A stretch of 54,576 nucleotides of DNA, counting the filler, from Sluysia triapertura (Eukaryota): the NCBI GenBank assembly GCA_046118255.1. It is 4 parts of 4 records of this genome, joined end to end, with 100 filler letters (N's around TTAATTAATTAA, not from the genome) between each part and the next. Parts side by side here need not be neighbours in the genome. Positions count along the whole stretch, not along the records: positions 38,224 to 54,576 come from JBJNIA010206036.1; 3 more parts are not named here. One strand, written 5' to 3'. The notes under the pieces were generated by a model, which saw nothing but the letters and a program-made list of their open reading frames with translations, did not search any database and was not told the origin of the DNA. Made by a program: the position numbers and the translations under genes. Of the stretch, positions 39,544 through 51,814 are shown in pieces. Positions within the stretch are counted from its first letter, which is position 1. Each line of letters begins with the position of its first letter.

Positions 39544-40906
39544 TAATGGCTGTAGGACGTTTACTTTTGTTAATATAGCAGAATGAAGGAAAAAATGTAA
39601 TTAATAAATTAAATTCAAAATGAAATTTGGACTTAAGGTCCTGTATTATATTATTTAATATAAAAATTAGTAAGAAATCATACTTCAAAAAACTTTTATT
39701 AATACTATTCAAAGAATAAATGTTGTCAGAGAAAAAAGACATTAAATAATCCAAAACGTCATAAAAAAGATATAAACATATAAATAAGTGACATTAAACA
39801 TAATCGTTGACGGATTTAGTAATTGATATAACACAAAAGGGTGATTAATAACAACGTAATCCAGGCAACGGCGAAAGAATCATGCTAACTGCATACGTAC
39901 GTTTCTCAATAATAGAAATTTTAAAACTCATTGTAAAAAGAAAATTTTACTCATAATGTCGTAAAGTTTGTCATAAATCATGGAAAAAGCACGAATTTGC
40001 TATGGTATTCGTGAGTTAATTAAAATTATATAATCGCTAAAGTTTAGTGAATCATTCATTACACTAAAATTACCTAATTTTTTAAAGTCGCAACCATAAA
40101 ATGTAAAAACTCCAGTAGAACGAGAAAGATCATCTAATATCGTTTGATTTTCTCGCGACTGTTCTCTTAACTATAAAATAATCCGCTAGACATAGTTTTT
40201 AGAACTACGAACACCAAGTATTACGTGAAAGTAATTCCGTAAAATATTTTCATTTGACGAAAATATATAATCGTTGATAAACGTGTTTATCAAGTCGAGT
40301 GGCATCGACGAGATAGCAAAAATTAAACGAAAGTTTAATAAAAATTTCATAAAAATAAGAATGATAAAGATTGCACAATAAATGATACAGGAAAAATAAA
40401 ACTTGGATATTTGAACAATAACAGTCCGTCTCGCAAATCGCCTATAAAATCCGAAGACAATCAACTAGTTTGGAAGCATCTCAGTAAACTTTGTTATCTT
40501 CTGTAGTTTGCAGGGATTTTGCATCAAAATTTTCTAAATTCATTATTCCAGCGATCAGCGTCATTTTTACATCATCTTTGGCAAATTTTTGAAAATGAGC
40601 TTGAATCTCTAAATCTGTAATTTCGATGGCAACATTGGTCAGAAATCTTTCTCTTTGAAAGTGAAATATGGTATAATAAACAAGCTTCTTTCATCCTCAT
40701 AACTTTAACATTTTTTAATATTCAAAAATTTTTAAAATGTTTAACAAAGCATTGAATATTGAAACAAAATTTAAAAACATCACAATCACATCAAAGCATT
40801 AATATTTTACATAAAAATTGGAATTTTAATTCGAACTGAAAAACATTCTTTAAATTTTACTGATATTTTGAAATGGACGAAGGAGGCGATATCAAGAAGA
40901 ACACCT

Positions 40907-41078
40907 ATGATTCATTTATAATTAATATAATTTGTAGATTATTATAATTTTATATATTAATGATTCATTTATAATTAATATAATTTGTAGATTATTATAA
41001 TTTTATATATTAATGATTCAGTTATAATTAATATAATTTGTAGATTGCAATGATTTTATATATTAATGATTCAGTTAT
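40907..41078. repeat. 53-bp tandem repeat, ~3.2 copies
   Basis: Unit TGATTCATTTATAATTAATATAATTTGTAGATTATTATAATTTTATATATTAA starts at 40908, 40961, 41014 and 41067. Confidence 0.95.
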
Positions 41079-42715
41079 TCTGAATTTTGTAACTTACGTA
41101 AAATTAGTGAAATTATGAAATGGAAGAAATGTTTATAAATGAGATTGAGTGAGTTATGTTTATGTTTAAGTTTATGTTTGGCATGTGTAACAACAAAAAT
41201 GAGGTGTATAGATGTGACACTACAGCGCACTACCTAAAATTTAACAAGAAATCTTTTTTAAGAGGCGCTTTATAATCTGGAAAGTACAGTGTCGACGCAA
41301 TATAGATTATATAAAACATAACAAAAGTGAAAAACAATCACTCGATAAGTAAAGTATATTAATTTTAATTTTAACTTAATTTGTAATTCTTTAATGTCTA
41401 AATAAATGAAAAATAAAGAACACCTATGTTTATTAAGATCAAATTTTTTATTAACAATTTTGATGCAGAAAACGTTAATAGATTCAATAGATACTTTTAG
41501 TAACAATAATAATACCGAAACGTACAGATCGAAGTTACAATTAAAGATAATGTAATAATAAGATAAATTATTGACTAGAGATGCCTCTAGTATTATCTTA
41601 AAAATGGTTTTAAAATATGATTGTGTCTAGCGGTAAAACTAGACTTATCGTAATTGAATTTAAGTGGAGATAACATTTCCTAAAATATAGAGTCTAACAT
41701 TATGAACTTACTGAATGCTTGATTTTTCGACAGAAGTGAAATTAATATTAAGAATAGTCACTGTTGGAGGATAATTTCTAAATTACAAATTGATACAATC
41801 ACTGGAATCTTTTCAATTCGTGATAATTATTGTTAACACGTATTGTATCTAATAAGTCTGATGATCACACTAGAAATGAAGATTGTATGACAATGACAAG
41901 TAACCAAATTTTATTAGTATAATGAATATGCCAACAAGGATATTGAATAGCAATGAACTTGTGTCCATCTAATTTGTGCGATTCATTTATATATGAAATT
42001 CAACTTACTAGTAAGTCCTTTTTTAATTAACTATTTTATTTATTTTAGATAACAAAATTTGGGACAGCAATATGGAACAATATTATTTATTATTTTATTT
42101 TTAGATAATATTCATTTTATGATCCTGAAAAAATGCTACTAACAAAATAACAATAAATAAAAATAAGGCTTAAGACCCAACTAATCGCAAATGAGTTGGT
42201 TTAAAGATAAAATTTAGTATATGTAAGATTCAGTCACTGTTTGCCACTGCTTCATTGAATCAGTCTTCTTATAGCAAAAGTATTAACCCTTACAATTTTC
42301 TGTGTAATGATAGAAAAATGTGTTTAGATAATTGTGCACGTCGACAGACATGCTTATTTCTTATAGTCAGCTTTATGCCGACCAATTTTATTAATCAAAT
42401 TTGAATATAAATTTACGTCTCATCTCTGACTTAATATTATCTAGCAATTATCCAAAGATAATGAGTTTTGTGGCAAATAAACGCTTACCTTTTCAAAATA
42501 GTAAAATTAAAATTTAACATCATAATTGTAATAATCTTATTGATCCAATAATAAAAACCTAATCAAATATAAAACTTATTTTCAAAAATGCAATACGTAA
42601 CACGTCACATGCAAATTTCAATATCATACTTTTACTATGTATGACCATCATAATACATAGAAATTTAACTTCATAATAAAGAAAATTAATTAGAACTGAT
42701 GATTTTACGTTATCT

Positions 42716-42745
42716 ACATTGACGCGTTTCGCAATATCCTGATGT
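42716..42745 (-). ncRNA. Degenerate minimal hammerhead-ribozyme-like motif (Penelope type)
   Basis: The minus strand reads ACAT-C[..]AGGA-TATTGC-GAAA-CGCG-TC-AATGT. GAAACGCGTC and a pairing ACAT/ATGT stem I are present, but the CTGANGA box lacks TG. Confidence 0.35.
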
Positions 42746-45025
42746 TCATAACACGAATAATTTCATAAGTGTATTTTATTATATGTGATATCAAGTCCTG
42801 TACAAACATCATGCGGAAAGTCATTGACTAAAAATTATTTAAATTAAATTAAAATAAGTATATTTATAAATCTTTTGTAACACTTTAGAAAATATTGATT
42901 CACTTAACTTCAAGTTGCCATACATTTACAATCACTTTATCTTTCGATGACCCTAATATTATTATCACCACCGAATCACCGAGTACGTTAGTTCATCTTT
43001 TTTACTTTTTACTTTCACTAACATTACTAATGCTAATTAAGGTCTTCGTTTCATAAGTTATAGATGAGCCTACTTTATGTTAGTTTTAATTTTATTGATT
43101 TGATAAGTTTAGTGATTTAATGAGAGTTAAAGTGAGAGTATTTAGACCGAATATCCTTGAAATTTCTTTCGAATTCAATTTTATAGCCTGAATATTTAGC
43201 ACTTAATTAACAAATTTAGGATTTGATAATATAAAAAAATATAAATTTTTATATATAAGTAATGCTTGTAAAATTGTAAATAATCATTCATTACTTCTTT
43301 ACATTTTTAAATTTACCACATAAATCATTATTTATTTCACTGTTTACAATTATAATATAATTCCAAATAATAAAAAACAAAATATGTATAATATATGTTA
43401 ATACAAAATGCAAATTTATATATCTGAAATATTACGTAACTACAGAACGAAAATGCTTCATTTGAATTTATAGTTTGACAAAATTTGAATTTTTAATGAT
43501 TTTGAAATTTTATGATTAATTTTCTTATTGAGTTACAATTTATACAAATTGTTTTATAATCAAAATTTGATTTCTAATTTTAATACACAAAAAAAATAAG
43601 TAATATGATTCAGTAATATTAAAAATTTCAATAAAATATAATTTTGTTTTGTTCTGGCACAACATTAGATATAACATTAAATCAATACATTGGTAAAATA
43701 AAATATTTTATTAAATGTATATGAATAATAGCTAATATTGTAATTAGGATTGTGTTAATGCAGAGACAAGCAAAGCCATTGCTCCAAGGCACAAATAATT
43801 CTTGAATTTTAATTTATATTGTAATAAGTAAATTATTTGATATTTCATCTCATTAAAAGTCTCACTTATTATCCAAGTAACAATATGTACTTCTTTAATT
43901 TTAGAGCATTTTAAAATATTTTATGAAATTTATATATTATTATATTTAAATATAATAATAACGAATAAAATTAAAATCAATAAACTTATGGAATTTTATA
44001 TTTTTATAATAAAAATTATCAGAAAATATTGTAAACAAAAAATAATAAATTAAATATAATGCAAATTTAAACTTTTGAGTATCAATTTTATAATCAGAAA
44101 ATAAAAACATCATTAAAGAATTGAATAGTATTTTTTTGTGACAGATTTCTTTTTCTTATATTTATTACAATTGCCAAGTTAATATTTCGAGTCGAAATTT
44201 GACTAGAGAATTTGTTAGTACAATCCCCAAATGATTTAATCATTTTAATTTTTGCAAAAAAACATGGCACGTAATAAATACAAATCAGTGAAAATAGCGT
44301 GATAATATAAATTCATTTAATAAAGAATGTAAGATGAGGAAATATAAATTGAGTATTTTATCACTTAACCTCCAAACCAAATCCACTTAAGTATGTGTCA
44401 TTTGAAGAGATGTTAGTAGTCCTAATTTAACAATTTTTGATGATACTTTTTATCATATAAATAATTTCCCACATTTATTTATTTATTCAATTTTATTGGA
44501 AATTTGAAACATTTCAAGTTTCCAAATTTGATTTGTTAGACGAAAATTTAATTTTTTATGTTGTGTATAGTGTATACTAATTGAAATTTTGAATTATTAT
44601 TTTATCACGAACATAATTTTAATGGTAGCATTAAATACTAAATGTGGTGACATTTTGTTTTTCAATTTTTATTTCGGTAGTAAATTAAACAGTTAAAAAT
44701 TACTACTGTATGTACATTTTAATGCCATTTAATTTTCTTACATTATTAGATTACTGATTTGTTGTTTTTTAAAGAGAATTTTTTAAACAAATTTATTATT
44801 TTTAGTGAAATTAAATATAAATGATATAAATATTTTATTTCACGAATAAATAAGGCTTATTTGGTTTTCAATAATAAAAACCATTTAATAATATAATAAT
44901 TTAATAACAACCATTTAATAATTTAATAATATTATATATAAACACTATATTGAATGATTAAAAATATCTGATCAAAATAAATACAAATATTGTTTTTAAA
45001 TAAAAAAAATCCATAAAAAAATTAT

Positions 45026-45339
45026 TTAAATTTGACCCATTTTAAAAATTTCAATTCTTGATGGTCCCAATTCTAAATAGCAATGTTTACCTTCTTCATG
45101 AGTTATGTACCTATACATATTTATATATTTATATTAATATTAAATTACGTAGTATAATTCTTTCCAATAATCACATGCCAATAACCGTCCATTTTATCAT
45201 CCAAAGTCTTTTTAATATTTTCGGCAGTTACTTTTAAACTTTTTGCACTTTCAAATGCTTTGACAACAATATTCATTACTTGATCTAATTCATCATCGTT
45301 CATTTTTGATGAAATTACTTTCAGTTCTAAAGTTTTCAT
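45026..45339 (-). CDS. Dynein light chain LC8-family protein, divergent; exons 45339-45149 and 45110-45026, 38-nt intron, 91 aa
   Basis: Removing the GT-AG intron 45148-45111 gives MKTLELKVISSKMNDDELDQV...AENIKKTLDDKMDGYWHVIIGKNYTTYITHEEGKHCYLELGPSRIEIFKMGQI*. This matches LC8 [51 protein letters not shown]. Confidence 0.93.
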
Positions 45340-47081
45340 TTTTTTAATGTTTATTTGATTTATTATTCTATATGATTAACTGTAGTTAATTAAACATTTA
45401 TATATAATTTCAAATAATACATGTTTACGTCGCATAAAATTTGTTCAATAAAATATGTGATCAAATAATAAATTATGCACACAAAGACATTATTGAGTAG
45501 CAAATTTAAAATGTATATTTGAACAGTTTTATAAATTGTGTTCAATAAATAACAAGAATTAAAAATATCACTTGTTTTTTGATTCTGGGTGTTAGGTTTT
45601 GGCTTGTTAAATTTTATAACTATAAAATATGTAAAGTACAGTAAATTGATTAAGTGAAATTTATTGTTACATGCTTTTATTATGTTTAAGTTTATTAAAT
45701 TTTGATATTTGACTATTAACGTCTATTTATCAAGAACAAAATAGCAAGATAAATTTGTATGAAGATGTGAAGCAGTAATTATTTACAAGAAAAAAACAAA
45801 ATTATGCTCGAATTAATTAATTTAGTGCATAATTTTTTGCTATAGAGTCAGACTCGGAAACAACTATTTTCGTCAACTAAAAATTAATTTAATAATAATA
45901 CGTCTGTCAGTATTACTGATTTCTTATTAGAACAAAATAGTTTAGAACAAAGGGTCTAGCTATCATAGCTATTTAACAGTAGCTATTTGAAAATTAAACA
46001 TATTTTAGAACTTAGCAGAGGATCTATTAATAAGAAAATATTAGGATAAAATAAACTGCAAACACAATAATTAATATCTTTTATTATGTTAGAATAAGTT
46101 CTAAAAGCTAAAACTTCAGTTTATCTTTTATTATTATTATATGTGCCTTAAATACTGCACTTGAGCTTATTATGGTAAACTGGAGGTTAAAGTTCACTTC
46201 TCTCTAGTAAAAAAGATGGAAGTGTGTTCTTATTTAATAAGGTTAAAGTTCAATTTATCTCCTTTTAAAATAAAATGAAATAAACTAATTTGATTAATAT
46301 TTTATTTAAAAAAATGTAAAAATGCCTTATACAAAATTTGACCACTTGGGATAAGGTTAGTGATAAAATGATTTCGACAAGAGGAATTCGTTTATTAAAA
46401 TGCAATAAGAATAATACCGCAAGTAACTGTTATATATAATGGTTATAATGATTATAAAAACCATTAATTATAAAATTGTTTATTAAAATTTTAACTAATT
46501 CAAATATTATTCCAATTAAGATCAAGATTAACTTTAAACGTTAGTGTTTCTTATCAATAAAATAATGTTAACAGAATAATGCTAATTGTAGTAATTAAGT
46601 ACAATAATAACAACTCTAATATCTTTGAATGGTAGCTATGATACCAATTATCCTTAACTTTGACTTCTTTTAATAATAACTGTGATACCAAATATCACAT
46701 ATTTATACTTTTTCTATTTCTGCGACAGTATTTTTTATAAATTCAATTATTGTTTTATTACAATATTACTACAATTACAATGTTATTACTTTTTGCGATT
46801 GTTTTAATTATTTTGTAGCAATAATAGTTTTAATTTTATTCTATTATTCTAAAATAAATTATTAAAATAAAATAAAATAATTTTCGATTTTATAATATCT
46901 AAATCATCACACTATTGATTTCATTGTTAATTGAATGAATTTCAAATTATTGACATATACTAGTAATAACCAATCATATAATGATAATAATAATACTAGT
47001 TAGTAATAATAATAGTAATCATATTATTATTATTATCAAGTTATTATTTTTCTTTTTTGAATTACTTTTATTGCTAATTTC

Positions 47082-47113
<32 letters not shown>

Positions 47114-48549
47114 TATCGTTATATATAATTAAATTATTTATAAGAATTGTGATTGTAACTTAATAACTTACTTTTCCGTTTAATATTGTTAAATTTTAAT
47201 CAAATTATATTATTTAAAATATTATCTTTATCATTATCAAAGTACTTATAGTACTTATTATATTCATTTATAAATTTAGATAATTATTCATCAGGCCAAA
47301 TAACTTGAATTCAAAATTAAATATAAATAATGAAGCTCATTTGTCATCTGACATAATCATATAAAGATTTGAATTATTTAATTGTTTAAACATCACAAGG
47401 TTCTCAAAATTTAATATAAATCATTATCACACGTGCCAACAATATTTTTAAACGTGTTGTACGATTTTGGTTACTGAAATTTTAAACCAACTCATATATT
47501 TACAAGAGATTTTTGGAGGATTGTTTATTGGAATTTTGATTTTCTGAAAACAATTTTGGTTTCATCCGTTAGTTTATAGTTTAGTAAGTCCAATTTTAAA
47601 TTAACAAAATATACTTAAAGAATTCTTAATTTGTTGGTAAACTTTAATTCTTTACTAAAATAAAATCCTAATAATATATGGACGTTTATTATTTGAAAGA
47701 AAATAATAATCAAAACTTATATACTATTAATATATAACGAATATTTTGTTCACGTTGACATTTGCATAATCTATACCGAATGGAAATAATTTTATTTGTA
47801 TAATATTTATTAATATTTTAGAGGATTATGATATCATAAGAAGTCTATTAATAGTTGCATTTACTTTTAATTATTAAAATTATTTGATAAATATAAATTG
47901 AGTAATAACTAAATAAATATTCCTACTTATTGTAATTCATGATTTTGTATTCGAAATTAATTCTTTGTCAACACATTATAATTGAATTATATAATTAATT
48001 TTATTTGTTATCCCACTATAATTGAATTGTATTCATTTATTACTGTAGGGAAATCACACAAAATTCATCACACTTCATCACATAAAAACACTTCACATGT
48101 ACACAGATTATTAAACAAACTACTAAACTCATTCAAAAAACAAACATAATCATCGCACATAATTATCTTAAATTATTATTACTATTATTATTACAATTCA
48201 AATCGTATTAAACATTATACATATATAATAATTAAGTCATTATTGTTATATAATATGAATATCAAATAATAACTTTTACAATAAATTTCATATAAACATC
48301 AACAATTCAGTATTAATAAACATAATAATCACGTTATTGTTATCATTATTACTTCTTTTATCCTTATTATCAGCCATTCTTTTTATTCTCTTGCTTTTCC
48401 CATTTTTATAAAAACACTGAATTAAGAGGAAGAAAATATTATTCGTCAAACTTTAACAAATAAAATTAAAATTTATGTTCTAAAAATAGATTATTTTTAA
48501 GCATACTTGAATGGTTTAGTATGATACTATATTTTTTCCAATTAATATT

Positions 48550-48830
48550 ATGAAGTTGCTTAATTTGTCTTTTGTAACAATATTTGTTATTATGCTAATT
48601 TGTATGATGCAGATTTAGTTAACGCATGTGCGAAACATTTTTATATTAATATATTGCAATATGTTCGACCTCGTCTATCGAAATCTAAATTAATTAACCA
48701 ATCTATTATAGTTTCATTATGTGCATATGAATGTTGTGATAAATGCTGTAAAAATAGTAATTGTAATATTGCATGGTATTTAAATAAATCTTTTTCATAG
48801 GATTATCGTAAAATATCATAATTAACCTGT
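48550..48830 (+). pseudogene. Signal peptide plus MANEC/MANSC-like Cys domain, frameshifted
   Basis: The ATG at 48550 gives hydrophobic MKLLNLSFVTIFVIMLICMMQ. After a frameshift comes LVNA|CAKHF...ECCDKCCKNSNCNIAWYLNKS; further indels would restore xFIGL[C]K. The pattern CxxxCCxxxxCxxAWxxxxxCxxxxC is that of KIAA0319-type MANEC domains. Confidence 0.55.
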
Positions 48831-51188
48831 AATAATTAAAAAATTCCTTAACCTCCAGAATTCATTTCAAAATTAATCTAAAAGTACTTTAGGAATAGAC
48901 CAACGAGCATTAAGAAGTTTTTAATCTTCAATTAAAATTCTTCTATTTAAAATCCAATGGCTGGCCCTAACCGGTAAGCCTATTACGTTGGTGGACTCAG
49001 GTATAAGTTTGCTTTATTCTATTAGTGTAAGGTTAGAGTGAGGACCAGTATTGAAACAATATAAAAATAAATATAAAGATTTAAGCATTTAAGCACTTAA
49101 AAAGTTTTAGAATAATAGTGTTAGAATTTGATTACGATTTCATTAAGAATAAGTTATATTTGAGCAAAATTATTAATCCCTAAGTTGATTATTAACAGAT
49201 TAAGTAATTTTTAAAAAAAATAGATAAATAAATTGTACTATACGACGATTACAGATCAAAACAAAGAAACTACATGGCACTACCTAATGATTTTAAGGAA
49301 TACATGACTCAATTGTGCAGAGAAATGCGCCCAATAATGGCATTACCTGAAATTAAAAAATTTGACAGAGCAGAGAAAGATCTCTGCAATTTTTTATTCG
49401 AATACGAAAGCATCGCTGAAGCAAACGACTGGAATGAAGCCGAAAAAGTAGAGCGAATCCAAAATTATTTAACTGGAGTGACGATCCAGACTTATAAGGA
49501 AATAAGTAATAATAATAAATAGACTTGGAATGAATTTGTTAACTCTTTTAGTACATGCTGACATGGGAAAATACTATACTAAAATGTTAAATTCTAGGAC
49601 ACAAAAGTCAAATGAATCTGTATATCAATGCGCTTGTGCTCTTAAAAGCCTAGTAGCTAGAGCAATAGTCCCTGAAGATAAAAAAGATAAATTAGATAAA
49701 TTGAAAATTGGCCTTCGTCCGGAATTAAGAATATATGTTACTTTAATAGAAGGAAAACCTTTTAAAGAAGTCATTAAAAAATTAAGAAATATAGAGCGAC
49801 CCTACATATATGATAAGGATAATATTAATTATGTAAGTGATAGTGATGACAAATATAAACGAGATAAAAGCCCAAACTTTACAGGAAATAAGGATAACTT
49901 TCATATTCGATATATAAATAATTCCTCAAATTATGACAATAATTATAAGAATAATCGAAATAATTCTTAGAATTACGATGAATACGATCGAAATAATTGC
50001 GATAATAATAATTATAAAAGATTTAATAGCCCCTGCAGAGGTTTTTCAAATAATTATAATTATAGAGGAAATAATAATAGAGGTAGGGGATTCCAAAATA
50101 ATAGAACAAATAATTATGGTGATGACCACCTAGTTCTAATTTTAATAGATAGAGGAGTAAGAGTCCAATAAGGTATGAAAGTAATAATAAGACTCAAACT
50201 AATATAGATGGAGAGATCATTTGTGACAACTGTAACAAAAAATGACATTACGCAAGAGATTGTAGGAAATTAAAACAAAGTGTATTTTACTAAAGTAAGG
50301 GGTCAGCACCAACAAAGACACCAAAGCCCTAATAGGAAAGTAAGGTTTAATGATGATAATAATAATAGTAATAAGGGACAGGTAAATTGTAACTGTAGAA
50401 GTCAAAAAGACTATGGAAATAACAGAAATAAATACGAAGATGAAGATGAATATCACTATCGAGGAAAAAGAAATAAGAATAGAAGAGAACTAAGAAGAGA
50501 AATGAGTAGCGATGAAGATGATAAATATCTTAAGTTAATTACCGCTGAGGAAAAGAATGCAATGCTTCGAGAATTCTATATAACTGGGTTGGATTGCGAT
50601 AAAAATAGATTTAAAAATAAACAAGAAGAGGAAATTTTTATGAGTTATATGCACGATAGATATTTGGAATTTCAGAAGGATAAACAGAGAAGGAAAAAAC
50701 AAGTAAAAGAAAAAATAGACTAAAAATACAACCAATTCAAGTTAGAATTCGAGAAAAATTAAATCAACCTTTGTAAGAAAGAATCTAACAAATAAAAGAA
50801 ATAAAAGTAATTACAAATAAAAATACAAGAAAAAGGATTCAAGAAATAATTGAAAGATAATTGAAATTTGATAAAGAAAATTGAACCGAATAAGATAATT
50901 GATAAAGAAATAGATTCAGAATCAAAAGAAAGTAATGACGAAATAGAAGAAGAATCTAATACTGAATCAAGTTCAAAAGAAGAAGAAACAAATCAAGAAG
51001 AAAATCAAGCAAATAATTCAGAACTTAGTGATGACCAAGAAGTAGGAAGAGATATAGAAAATATTATTAATAATAAAGAAACTGATGATGAAGAATTACA
51101 AGCAGAAGAAATGGAGATAGATAAAGAAGATGCGTATTACAGTGCCACAGAAGAAATGGAAACAGAAGAGATGGAATCAGTAATAATA

Positions 51189-51233
<45 letters not shown>

Positions 51234-51740
51234 TAAGCTAATGAAAAGATAGATAGTCCAGAAACTAAAATTAAAGAAACAGATCAAAAAGTTGAGGAAT
51301 TTTTATCAGTTATGACAAGTGGCAAAGATATAAATGAAAATTTAAATGAATAATTGAATTTAGAATTAAGTATATATTAATTAAGTATACATTAAATTAA
51401 TATTAGCCTTCTAAGTAAGGAAGATAGTTTATATAAGACTAAAGCAAGAAAATTACTCAGGAAAATAGGTCAAAAAGAGAGAAAACATTATCCAAAAGAA
51501 TTAATGAAAATAAGTATAATTATTAACAAAGCCCTGAATATTACCATGGAAATTCCAGTAACTTCAACTACAAAATGGTTAATTCAAAATTTCAAAATAA
51601 TTGTAAAATAAGATCAATAAAAATAAAATTGATAATTAATATGATAAATATAAAACCGATAATCATTAATTATATCTGTTTGGGTAAAAAGGTCTAAAGT
51701 GCCATTGGTAAAATTGACTATAATAAAATAAAATAGTTAG
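48828..51740 (+). mobile_element. Decayed Ty3/gypsy LTR retrotransposon 5' part: LTR end, PBS (48989), leader, broken gag
   Basis: LTR/PBS junction at 48987-48991. Gag N-terminal signature KKFDRAEKDLCNFLFEYESIAEANDWNEAEKVERIQNYLTG (49274-49522), then LNSRTQKSNESV...LKIGLRPELR (49530-49970). A frameshifted CCHC knuckle CDNCNKN/HYARDC lies at ~50220-50270, followed by basic and acidic low-complexity ORFs. Both boundaries are approximate. Confidence 0.88.
51181..51232. repeat. (AAT)n microsatellite inside the gag remnant
   Basis: Direct reading; it produces the poly-Ile end of ORF 50868-51236. Confidence 0.93.
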
Positions 51741-51743
51741 ACG

Positions 51744-51814
51744 TGGCTGATAGCTCAGTGGTAGAGCATTCGAACTGCGCAGCGGAGGTTCCGGGTTCGA
51801 TCCCCGGTAGTCCA
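51744..51814 (+). pseudogene. tRNA-Ala(TGC)-derived pseudogene
   Basis: The D arm (GCTC-AGTGGTA-GAGC) and T arm (CCGGG-TTCGATC-CCCGG) are intact, TGC sits at canonical positions 34-36, and TTTT follows. The acceptor TGGCTGA/T-AGTCC-A fits an ancestral GGGCTGA/TCAGTCC-A with the G3.U70 Ala determinant. The anticodon stem is mismatched and position 33 is not U. Confidence 0.75.

Noticed and set aside
46981-47163. Hydrophobic poly-Ile/Leu ORF (likewise ORFs at 8129, 17766, 21431, 38587, 49933, 50217, 50535)
   Set aside because: Translation artefacts of ATT/TTA-rich low-complexity DNA, or alternate-frame/antisense shadows of gag.
51744-51814. Functional tRNA or novel recoding tRNA
   Set aside because: The anticodon stem has three mismatches, position 33 is C and the acceptor stem lacks a base; treated as a pseudogene.
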